Part shown: piece after piece, positions 16,451-25,047 of the stretch
Layout: the number at the start of each line of letters is the position of its first letter
How positions within the stretch are numbered: position 1 is the first letter of the stretch
Assembly: GCA_964202905.1 (NCBI GenBank)
Contig: CAXNJO010000004.1
Coordinates: forward strand, 352,001 to 416,000
Source: Polyangiales bacterium
GTDB lineage: Bacteria > Myxococcota_A > Polyangia > Polyangiales > JADJQN01
DNA: 64,000 nucleotides
Direction: 5' to 3'
Made by a program: the position numbers and the translations under genes
The notes under the pieces: model-generated
The model's database searches: none
Told to the model about the DNA's origin: nothing
Seen by the model: the letters and a program-made list of their open reading frames with translations, nothing else

Positions 16451-18168
16451 CGCCCGCTCCCCTGCGCCGCCGACATGCGCTGCGAGCGGGCCCAGACCGC
16501 GAGTTTCTCACGGAAAATCTTGGAGTTGTGCCGGATGTCCACGGGAAACGAGGGGTGCACGAGGAAGGTCCCGATCGCGCGGGTGTGCGCGTGCGCCTGC
16601 GCGATCGCCGCGAGCTCGCGCCGCAGCGAGCCGAGATCGCGCCGCTTCGCGCGCGGTTCGAGCTCGACGCAGAGCACGGGCACCGTCTCGTCGCCGCGCG
16701 GGACGCCGACGAGCGCCGCGCGGCGCACGTCGGGGTGCTCGTTGAAGGGCGCCTCGCACGGGTCCGTGAAGAGCGTGCCCGCCCGGGTCACGACGCGGTG
16801 GCTCTTTCTCCCGCAGAACCAGAGCCGCCCCTCCGCGTCGCGCCACGCGAGGTCCCCCATGCGGTGCAGCGTCTCGCCGTCCGCGCCGCGGATCTTGGCG
16901 AGGCGCGTCGCCTCGGGGCGGCCGTAGTACGACTCCGTCACCTGCGGGCCGCCCACGACCAGCTCGCCGATCGCCTCCCCCTCGACGCGAAGCGCGTCGC
17001 TCCACGTCGCGATCGGCGCGTCGCGGATGGCGATGATCTCCACGCGCACCCCCGCGACGGGGCGCCCGACGCAGACGCCAGCACCCGCGGCCGTGCGCGC
17101 CGCCGTCTCCCGCAGGATCTCGTCGTGCGCGATGACCGCGACGGGCAGCGACTCGGTCGCCCCGTAGGGCGTCACGATGCGCGCCTCGGGCACGAGGAGC
17201 GAGGCGAAGCGCTCGATCACGGACGTCGGCACCGGCGCGCCCGCGGACATCACGCGCCGCAGCGAAGGCAGCCGCTCGCCGCGCGGGGCGGCGTAGCGCC
17301 CGACGCGATCGAGGAGCGCGGGCGACCCGAACATCGTGCGCACGCCGAAGAGGCGGATGGGCTCGAGGATCTCGCGCGGGTCGACCTGCGCGGGCCGCGT
17401 GAAGTCCATCGCGGGCAGCACGGTCGTCATGCCGAGCGCCGGATCGAAGAGCGCAAACAGCGGAAAAGTGGGCAGATCGAGCTCTCCCGGCTCGATCTGC
17501 AGCGCCTCGCGGATCATGCGCACCTGCGCCGCGAAGTTGCCGTGCGTGTACGCCACGCCCTTCGGGATCCCCGTGCTGCCGCTCGTGAACACGATCGCCG
17601 CGAGGTCCTCCGGCGCGACCGACGGCGCGCGCCAGTCGCGGGCTGCGTCGCCCGCACGCCGCACGGCCTCGAGCGTGTGCCCGCCCCACCCGAGGCGCGG
17701 GCCAACGGTCACCGTCGTCGCGATCGTGCCCCGCCCCCAGCCGAGCACGAGCCGCGCGGCGTGCGCCGCCGGAATGCCGATGAACGCCTCGGGCCGCGCC
17801 TCCGCGAGGCACGCGCCGAGACTGCGCGCGCCGATGCCTGGGTCGACGATGATCGGCACGACGCCCGCGTGGAACAAGCCGAACGCGAGCGCGAAGAAAT
17901 CCGGGCTCGGCTTCACCATCAGGGCGCAGCGCGTGCCACGTCCGATCCCGATCGACGCGAGCCCCGCCGCGATCCGCCGCGCGTCCGCCGCGAGCCCGCG
18001 GTAGGTGAGCACGTCGTAGCGCGCGCGCCCGGCCGAGCGCGGCCCGCGCGGGTAGTGGATGGCCGTCGCGTCGGGCCGCTGCGCCGCCATGCGGAAGAGC
18101 GCGCCGGCGATGTTCGGGTCCTCGACCGCGCCCTCCCCCGCCTCGCCCGGCCGGACCGGCGTGCTCAC
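16447..18168 (-). CDS. oleC: OleC beta-lactone synthetase (AMP-dependent ligase)
   Basis: FTSGSTGIPKG, TPYGATESLP, HRMGD, WFCGRKSHRV, FPVDIRHNSKIFRE. GTGA overlaps at both ends. Confidence 0.92.
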   Translation of the reverse strand: MSTPVRPGEAGEGAVEDPNIAGALFRMAAQRPDATAIHYPRGPRSAGRARYDVLTYRGLAADARRIAAGLASIGIGRGTRCALMVKPSPDFFALAFGLFHAGVVPIIVDPGIGARSLGACLAEARPEAFIGIPAAHAARLVLGWGRGTIATTVTVGPRLGWGGHTLEAVRRAGDAARDWRAPSVAPEDLAAIVFTSGSTGIPKGVAYTHGNFAAQVRMIREALQIEPGELDLPTFPLFALFDPALGMTTVLPAMDFTRPAQVDPREILEPIRLFGVRTMFGSPALLDRVGRYAAPRGERLPSLRRVMSAGAPVPTSVIERFASLLVPEARIVTPYGATESLPVAVIAHDEILRETAARTAAGAGVCVGRPVAGVRVEIIAIRDAPIATWSDALRVEGEAIGELVVGGPQVTESYYGRPEATRLAKIRGADGETLHRMGDLAWRDAEGRLWFCGRKSHRVVTRAGTLFTDPCEAPFNEHPDVRRAALVGVPRGDETVPVLCVELEPRAKRRDLGSLRRELAAIAQAHAHTRAIGTFLVHPSFPVDIRHNSKIFREKLAVWARSQRMSAAQGSGR

Positions 18169-19100
18169 GGGTTCGCCGCGAGGAAACGCTGCACGCGCGG
18201 CACGATGCGGTCCGCCGCGTCCTCGAGCACGTAGTGCCCGGCGTCCCTGTAGTACTCGACCTCGGCGCGCGGGTAGATCCGCCGCCACTCCGTGAGGAAA
18301 TGGTCGTCGAAGACGAAGTCCTGCGCGCCCCAGCAGACGAGGATGGGCTTCTCTGCGAGCGTCCCGAGTTTCGCGGCCGTCTCGCTCACCGTCGCGTGGG
18401 CGCGGTCGGCAGGCACGAGCGGGATGTCCTGCACGAAGCGCAGCGTCGCGATGCGGTTGGCGGGGGTGTCGTACGGCGCGGTGAGCGCGCGGGCGACCTC
18501 GGGCGCGAGCGGACGCGCGACGCCGAAATACGCGGCCCCGCGGCTGAAGGCGTTGAAGCGCTCGACGAGCAGGGACCCGAGCGACGTGTCGCGCGCCAGG
18601 CGCAGACGACCGGGCAGCGCCTTGCTCTTCGGCAGGTGGAAGGCGGCGGTGTTGAGCAGGACGATCCGCGCGATGCGCTCCGGGCGGCGCACCGCGGCCC
18701 CGAGGCCGATCATCCCGCCCCAGTCGTGCACGACGAGCGTGACGCCCTGCGTCGCGCCGACCGCGTCGAGCCAGCCCTCGAGGTCGTCGATCCGCGTACG
18801 CAGCGTGTACGCGTAGCGGTCGTCGCCCGGCTTGTCGGAGAAACCGCACCCGATGTGGTCGGGCACGAGCACGCGGTTCGTCTCGCGCAGCGCACGCGCG
18901 AGCGCCCGGTAGTAGAATGACCAGCTCGGGTTTCCGTGCACCATCACGACGGGTGGCGCGTCGCGCGGCCCCTCGTCGAGGTAGTGCATCGCGATTCCGT
19001 CGCCGCGGTCGTGCCAATGCGACGCGAACGGATAGAGCGACGCCGGGACGTTCGCGGCGCTGGCGGGACGAGAGCGCTCGCTCGGGCGCGCGGCGGTCAC
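18165..19100 (-). CDS. oleB: OleB beta-lactone decarboxylase (haloalkane dehalogenase-like)
   Basis: HGNPSWSFYYR, VVHDWGG (Asp nucleophile), QDFVFD, AGHYVLED. Confidence 0.9.
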   Translation of the reverse strand: MTAARPSERSRPASAANVPASLYPFASHWHDRGDGIAMHYLDEGPRDAPPVVMVHGNPSWSFYYRALARALRETNRVLVPDHIGCGFSDKPGDDRYAYTLRTRIDDLEGWLDAVGATQGVTLVVHDWGGMIGLGAAVRRPERIARIVLLNTAAFHLPKSKALPGRLRLARDTSLGSLLVERFNAFSRGAAYFGVARPLAPEVARALTAPYDTPANRIATLRFVQDIPLVPADRAHATVSETAAKLGTLAEKPILVCWGAQDFVFDDHFLTEWRRIYPRAEVEYYRDAGHYVLEDAADRIVPRVQRFLAANP

Positions 19101-20116
19101 CACACCACCTCCATCATCGCGCAGTTGAGCCCGCTCCCGATGCCCATGAGCGCGACGCGCTGCCCCGCGTGCAGCCGCCCCGCGTCGGCGCTCTTCTTCA
19201 GGACCGTGGGCACGCCTGCGGGCCCGATGTTCCCGTAGGTCGGGTAAATCTTGTAGAAACGCTCGAGATCCGCGCCGAACGACTCCGCGAGTTGCGCCGT
19301 GTGCACCGCGCTCACCTGGTGCACGACGTACTCGCCGATCGTCGCATTCGACCAGCCGAGATGCGCCTGCGCGCGCTGCCACGTCGACCACGCGAGCTCG
19401 AGGCCGGCCATCAGCAGCGTGCTGCCGTCGGTGCGCATCTCCTCGTTGCTGCCGATGCAGAGTTGGTTGTGCTCGGAGGCCGCGAGCGAGACCCCGCCGA
19501 CGACGCGGTGCGACTGGGTACGCGCTTTGCGCGTGTGGCCGAGCACCATCGCGACGCCGCCCGAGCCGAGGGTGAGCGTCGCGTATTGCTCGCGGTAGCG
19601 GTCCTTCGTGATCGAGGGGTGCTTGAGGCGCTCGAGCGTCGCCTCGATCGGCGTGCGGCTCTGCTCGCCATCCACGATCAACGCGTAATCGACCTGCCCA
19701 AGCTCGATCATGTTGCCGGCGACCTGCATCGCGTTGACGAAGCCGAGACACGCATTGCGCAGGTCGAAGCTCAGGCAGGTCGAGGGCAGCCGCAGGTTCC
19801 CGTGCACGATCGCGGCCGTCGACGGCTCGAGGAAGTCCATGCAGACGGACGTGTTGATGAGCACGCCGACGCTGCCGCGGTCGATGCCGGCGTCGGCGAG
19901 CGCGAGCTCGGCCGCCATCGTCGCGGCCGTCGACGGCGCGGTGCCGCGGGGCCAGAAGCGACGCTCGAGGATCCCGGTGAGCAGGGAGAGCATCTTCGGG
20001 TTGATGGCGAGGCGCTCAGCGACGGGTCGGAGTTCGTCCTCGATGGACGCGGAGGTGACGACGTCGGGCGCATCGACCACGCCGAGCCCCTGGATGCTCA
20101 CGTTCTCGAACTTCAT
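19097..20116 (-). CDS. oleA: OleA head-to-head condensing thiolase (KAS III-like)
   Basis: FLEPSTA (catalytic Glu), NACLGF (Cys), HQVS (His), GNIGPA (Asn), MGIGSGLNC. Confidence 0.92.
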   Translation of the reverse strand: MKFENVSIQGLGVVDAPDVVTSASIEDELRPVAERLAINPKMLSLLTGILERRFWPRGTAPSTAATMAAELALADAGIDRGSVGVLINTSVCMDFLEPSTAAIVHGNLRLPSTCLSFDLRNACLGFVNAMQVAGNMIELGQVDYALIVDGEQSRTPIEATLERLKHPSITKDRYREQYATLTLGSGGVAMVLGHTRKARTQSHRVVGGVSLAASEHNQLCIGSNEEMRTDGSTLLMAGLELAWSTWQRAQAHLGWSNATIGEYVVHQVSAVHTAQLAESFGADLERFYKIYPTYGNIGPAGVPTVLKKSADAGRLHAGQRVALMGIGSGLNCAMMEVVW

Positions 20117-20177
20117 GGCCGCGCGACCATGGCGGCAAAGCCCCCCCCACGCAAAGCCCCGCCCCGGCGTGCCGACG

Positions 20178-20218
20178 GAAAGAAGCGAGCCCGACGGGAG
20201 GGCGATCCCGTCGGGCTC
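20178..20218 (-). terminator. Rho-independent terminator downstream of the small acidic gene
   Basis: 13-bp perfect stem GAGCCCGACGGGA/TCCCGTCGGGCTC (20187-20218) followed on the minus strand by GCTTCTTTC. Confidence 0.65.
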
Positions 20219-20380
20219 CGTGCCTGGGCGGTCGTGCCAGGCGCACGCCCCACGCGCCGCCGGGCGAGGCGGTCTGCGGGGAGCACGCCGGCCCCGGGGA
20301 GGAGCGTGGCAGGCGTGCAAAGTGGGAGGCGCGCGTCCGGGGGCGGCCGGGCGGCCGCATCGCGCGCGGACGCGGCGGGC

Positions 20381-20551
20381 TCAGCCGAAGTCGAGCTCTT
20401 CGGGCTCCTTGTCGAACGTGTAGTCGTGCTCGGCCTCGAACTTCGCCTCTTGCATGAGGTCGTCGAGGGACCAGCCGAGCTTCTCGCCGGGGCGGATCTC
20501 TTCGCGCTGGAACTCTTCGAGGGAACCGTAGTGCTTCGGGCCATTGCGCAT
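20381..20551 (-). CDS. 56-aa acidic small protein (absent from the ORF track)
   Basis: MRNGPKHYGSLEEFQREEIRPGEKLGWSLDDLMQEAKFEAEHDYTFDKEPEELDFG. AAGGAG RBS, strong GC3 bias, upstream TTGGAG-N17-TATGGT. Confidence 0.8.
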   Translation of the reverse strand: MRNGPKHYGSLEEFQREEIRPGEKLGWSLDDLMQEAKFEAEHDYTFDKEPEELDFG

Positions 20552-20736
20552 CGAGGAGACTCCTTCAGTCCGTGTCGTGTCGCTGCTTACTAGCGACTAC
20601 GTTGTCCTACATCTGGAGACACCATACGACCTAGACTCACTTCCTCCAAAAATGCGGCGACGATTTCACGCGCGCCCGCCGCGCACGCGCGCCGCGGTCC
20701 CGCGCGGCCGCGCGGCCGTGCTAAGAACGGCGCGCC

Positions 20737-21501
<765 letters not shown>

Positions 21502-21514
21502 AGACGGTGAACCC

Positions 21515-22375
21515 TTGACCCAGCCTCCGAAGAAGCCGCGCCTCGGGGGCGGCCTCGACGCCCTCATCCCTGCGAAGCCCCGCGCGACGACGTCGTCGAT
21601 GGGCTTCAACGCGCCCATCGAGGAAGTTCACGCGAACCGCGGGCAGCCGCGCACCCGCTTCGACGAGGCCGCGCTCGACGAGCTCGCGCAAAGCATCCGC
21701 GAGTTCGGCGTCCTCGAGCCCATCCTCGTCCGCAAACGCGCCGCGGGCGGCTACGAGATCATCGCGGGCGAGCGCCGCTGGCGCGCCGCGCAGCGCGCGG
21801 GTTTGCGCGAGGTGCCCGTCTTCCTCCGCGAGCTCGGCAACGCGGAGGCCTTCGAGGCCGCGCTCGTCGAGAACCTCCAGCGCGAGGACCTCAACCCGCT
21901 CGAGACGGCGCGCGCCTTCCAGCGGCTCATCGACGAGCACGGCCACACCCAGGAGACCGTCGCCAAGCGCGTCGGCAAGGACCGCAGCAGCGTCGCGAAC
22001 GTGCTGCGCCTCCTGAAGCTCCCCGAGAGCGTCCTCGACCGCATCGGGGCCGGCCTCCTCAGCGAGGGTCATGGTCGCGCGCTGCTCGTCGCGGGCCATG
22101 CCAAGGCGATTGAGAAGCTCGCCGAGGCCGCGGTCGCGCGGCAGTGGAGCGTCCGCGAGACCGAGCGCCGCGCCCGCGAGGCCGCGGACGCCAAGCCGCA
22201 GGGCCCCGCCGCCCCGAAGAAGAGCGCGAACCTCCGTGACCTCGAGGAGCGCCTCTCTCGCGCGCTCGGGACGCGCACCCGCGTCGACGACGACGGCAAC
22301 GGCCGGGGCTCGATCACGGTGCCCTACTCCTCGCTCGACGAACTCGATCGCCTCATCGAGCGCTTCCTCGGCTGA
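21515..22375 (+). CDS. parB: ParB/Spo0J partition protein
   Basis: LGGGLDALI, QPRTRF, IIAGERRWRAA, ENLQREDLNP, HTH. Confidence 0.95.
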   Translation: MTQPPKKPRLGGGLDALIPAKPRATTSSMGFNAPIEEVHANRGQPRTRFDEAALDELAQSIREFGVLEPILVRKRAAGGYEIIAGERRWRAAQRAGLREVPVFLRELGNAEAFEAALVENLQREDLNPLETARAFQRLIDEHGHTQETVAKRVGKDRSSVANVLRLLKLPESVLDRIGAGLLSEGHGRALLVAGHAKAIEKLAEAAVARQWSVRETERRAREAADAKPQGPAAPKKSANLRDLEERLSRALGTRTRVDDDGNGRGSITVPYSSLDELDRLIERFLG

Positions 22376-22473
22376 GCGGCCCGCACCGCACCTCCCGCCC
22401 GTCCCGCCCGCACCACGCGCCGGCCGCGACTGAATCGCGATTCAGCGCGTTGCGCGCCCGAGCAGGCTGCGAC

Positions 22474-23331
22474 TCAGCGGGCCGCGCGCGAGAAGGCCGC
22501 GTCGACGGTGTTGCGCAGGAGCATCGCGATGGTCATCGCGCCGACGCCGCCCGGCACGGGCGTGAGCCAGCCGGCCTTCTCGCGCACGGCGTCGAAGTCG
22601 ACGTCGCCGCAGAGCTTGCCGTCCGCGCCGCGGTTGATGCCGACGTCGATGACGACGGCCCCCTCCTTCACCCAGTCGGCCCGGACGAGGCGCGGCTGCC
22701 CAACTGCCGCGATGAGCACGTCCGCGCGCGCGCACTCCGCCGCGAGATCCACGGTGCGCGAGTGCGCGACCGTGACGGTCGCGTGCGCCTCGAGGAGCAT
22801 GAGCGCGACGGGCTTGCCGACGAGGTTCGACCGGCCGAGCACCAGCGCGCGCTTGCCGCGCAGATCGACGCCCGCCTCCTGCAGCATCCGCATGCAGCCG
22901 CTCGGCGTGCAGGGACGGAGGCCGCGCCCGCCCGTCGCGAGGAGCCCCGCGTTCACGGGGTGCAGGCCATCGACGTCCTTGCTCGGGTCGATCGCGTCGA
23001 CCACCGCGGCAGCATCGAGCCCGGCAGGCAGCGGGAGCTGCACGAGGATCCCGTCGACGTCCGCGTCCGCGGAGAGGCCGCGCACGCAGTCGAGCAGCGC
23101 CGCTTGGGTCGTGTCCGCGGGGAGGCGGAGCACGCTGCCGCGCAGGCCGGCCTCGTGCGCCGCCTTTTCTTTGTTGCGGACGTAGACCTGGCTGGCCGGG
23201 TCCTCGCCGACGAGCACGACCTCGAGGCGCGGCGTGCGCCCGTGCACAACGGCGAAGGCCTCGGCGTCGCGCTTCACCTCTGCGCGGACGTGCGCGGCGA
23301 TCTCCTTACCGTCGAGGATGCGGGCGGTCAT
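22474..23331 (-). CDS. folD: Methylenetetrahydrofolate dehydrogenase/cyclohydrolase
   Basis: YVRNK, GILVQLPLP, KDVDG, GRSNLVGKP, TPVPGGVG. Confidence 0.97.
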   Translation of the reverse strand: MTARILDGKEIAAHVRAEVKRDAEAFAVVHGRTPRLEVVLVGEDPASQVYVRNKEKAAHEAGLRGSVLRLPADTTQAALLDCVRGLSADADVDGILVQLPLPAGLDAAAVVDAIDPSKDVDGLHPVNAGLLATGGRGLRPCTPSGCMRMLQEAGVDLRGKRALVLGRSNLVGKPVALMLLEAHATVTVAHSRTVDLAAECARADVLIAAVGQPRLVRADWVKEGAVVIDVGINRGADGKLCGDVDFDAVREKAGWLTPVPGGVGAMTIAMLLRNTVDAAFSRAAR

Positions 23332-23385
23332 CGTCGCGTTCTCCGTGGGTGCGGGGTGCGTGTCTCAGGGTCGAACAAGAGCGGC

Positions 23386-24345
23386 TCAGGCGGACGCAGC
23401 GGGCGGCGCCGCGAGGCGATCACGCGCGTGGCGCGCGAGACGCACGTAGAGCACGCCGGTCCCGAGGACGACGGCCGCGCTGATGAGCTGCGAGGTCGAG
23501 AGGCCGAGCCACGCGCCGCGGTCGTCGGCGCGGAGGTACTCGAGCGAGAAGCGCAGCAGCGAGTAACCCGCGAGGAACGCACAGAACACCTGCCCGTCGA
23601 AGCGCTTGCGCGGGTGAAGGACGAGCATGAGCGTCGCGGCGAGCGCGAGGCAGCCGAGCGCCTCGTAGAGCTGCGTGGGGTGCACGGGGAGCGAAGGCAG
23701 GCCGGCGCTCGCGAGCTGGTGGAGCCGGAACTGCGCGTCGCTCGCAGGCGACCACGCGGGGAACGAGAGGCCGAGCGGCCCGTCCGTCGGCAGGCCGAAG
23801 CAACAGCCCCCGAGGAAGCACCCCATGCGCCCGAAGAAGAGCCCGAGCGCGATCCCCATCGCCGCGCCGTCCGTGCCCTTCAGCACCGGGAACCCCTCGC
23901 GCCGGAGGAAATGCACGCCGTACGCCGCCGCCGCGATGAGCCCGCCGTAGTAGGTGAGGCCGCCGCGCCAGAACGCCGCCCAGGCGAGGCAGCCGTCGAG
24001 GGTGAAGGCGCCGTGCGCCGGGCGGCACACCCCGGCGGCAGCGTCCCAGACGCCCTCGATGGCGCGGCACTCCGCGGTGTCCACGCGCCACGCGACGAGG
24101 CGCGGGTCGGTGCAGAGGTGCACGTAGTCGAGGAGGTAGCCGTCCGCGAGCACGTGCAGCACACGCGCGCCCGCGACACCCGCGATGAGCGAGAACAGCC
24201 CGAGGTCGAGCATGACCTCGTGATCCTGACGGCCCCGCTTCGCCCAGCGCACCGCGAGCCACGTCGCGAGGCCGAAGCCCGTGATCAACATCGCAAAGTA
24301 CGACGGGACGGGCTGGCCGAAGACGCTGAACAGCGGCGTGTGCAC
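23386..24345 (-). CDS. lgt: Prolipoprotein diacylglyceryl transferase
   Basis: WRGGLTYYGG, GRMGCFLGGCCFG, HPTQLYE, RFSLEYLR; lies next to lspA. Confidence 0.9.
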   Translation of the reverse strand: MHTPLFSVFGQPVPSYFAMLITGFGLATWLAVRWAKRGRQDHEVMLDLGLFSLIAGVAGARVLHVLADGYLLDYVHLCTDPRLVAWRVDTAECRAIEGVWDAAAGVCRPAHGAFTLDGCLAWAAFWRGGLTYYGGLIAAAAYGVHFLRREGFPVLKGTDGAAMGIALGLFFGRMGCFLGGCCFGLPTDGPLGLSFPAWSPASDAQFRLHQLASAGLPSLPVHPTQLYEALGCLALAATLMLVLHPRKRFDGQVFCAFLAGYSLLRFSLEYLRADDRGAWLGLSTSQLISAAVVLGTGVLYVRLARHARDRLAAPPAASA

Positions 24346-24351
24346 GGCGCC

Positions 24352-25047
24352 CTACGCGTCGCCCGACGCGTCGCCCGACACAGACGACGCGCGCCCGTCA
24401 GCGGGCGCCGACGCCGGCTCGACGGCCTTCGCGGAGGCATCCGCAGACGCGCCGGGAGCCTGCGGCTCGGCGAGGCCGTGCGGCTTCTTGTCAGTGGGCG
24501 TGAACATCCCCTCGATGAGCAGGAGCGCCACGCCCACGCTGATGGCGGCGTCGGCCACGTTGAAGGTCGGATATTCCCAGGTGCCGTGGAAGGCGCGGAT
24601 GAAGTCCACGACGTAGCCGTGCCGGATTCGGTCGTGGATGTTGCCGACGGCGCCCGAGACGACGAGCGGCACGCACCACGCGAAGAGCGCCCCGCCGCGC
24701 CCTTGCAGGAACATCCGCCCGAGCACGACGATCGCGACGAGCGCCGCGCCGAAGAAGATCGCGAAGCGGGTCTTGTGCCCGAGCGTGTTGCCGAGCCCGA
24801 AGGCGGCGCCGCAGTTCTCGGCGTAGCGGAGCTCGAGCCACTCGGGGACGATCACGACGACGTCCTTGCGGAGCCGCTGGTCCTGCTTGTAGCCGTGTTC
24901 GTCGAACACGCAGAGCGGAGCGGGCGTCTGCCGCGCCATGGAGAGGTGATCGAGCGCCCACTCCTTCGACGCGAGGTCCGCGGCGAGCGAGAGCGCGAAC
25001 ACGAAGAGCGCGACGCCGATGGCGCCGCCGTGGCGGCCGGTCTTCAC
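24352..25047 (-). CDS. lspA: Signal peptidase II
   Basis: DLASK, NCGAAFG, GAVGNIHDRIRHGYVVDFI, FNVAD. Confidence 0.93.
   Translation of the reverse strand: MKTGRHGGAIGVALFVFALSLAADLASKEWALDHLSMARQTPAPLCVFDEHGYKQDQRLRKDVVVIVPEWLELRYAENCGAAFGLGNTLGHKTRFAIFFGAALVAIVVLGRMFLQGRGGALFAWCVPLVVSGAVGNIHDRIRHGYVVDFIRAFHGTWEYPTFNVADAAISVGVALLLIEGMFTPTDKKPHGLAEPQAPGASADASAKAVEPASAPADGRASSVSGDASGDA

Noticed and set aside
18165..19100. Haloalkane dehalogenase
   Set aside because: Coupled between oleA and oleC, which identifies it as OleB.
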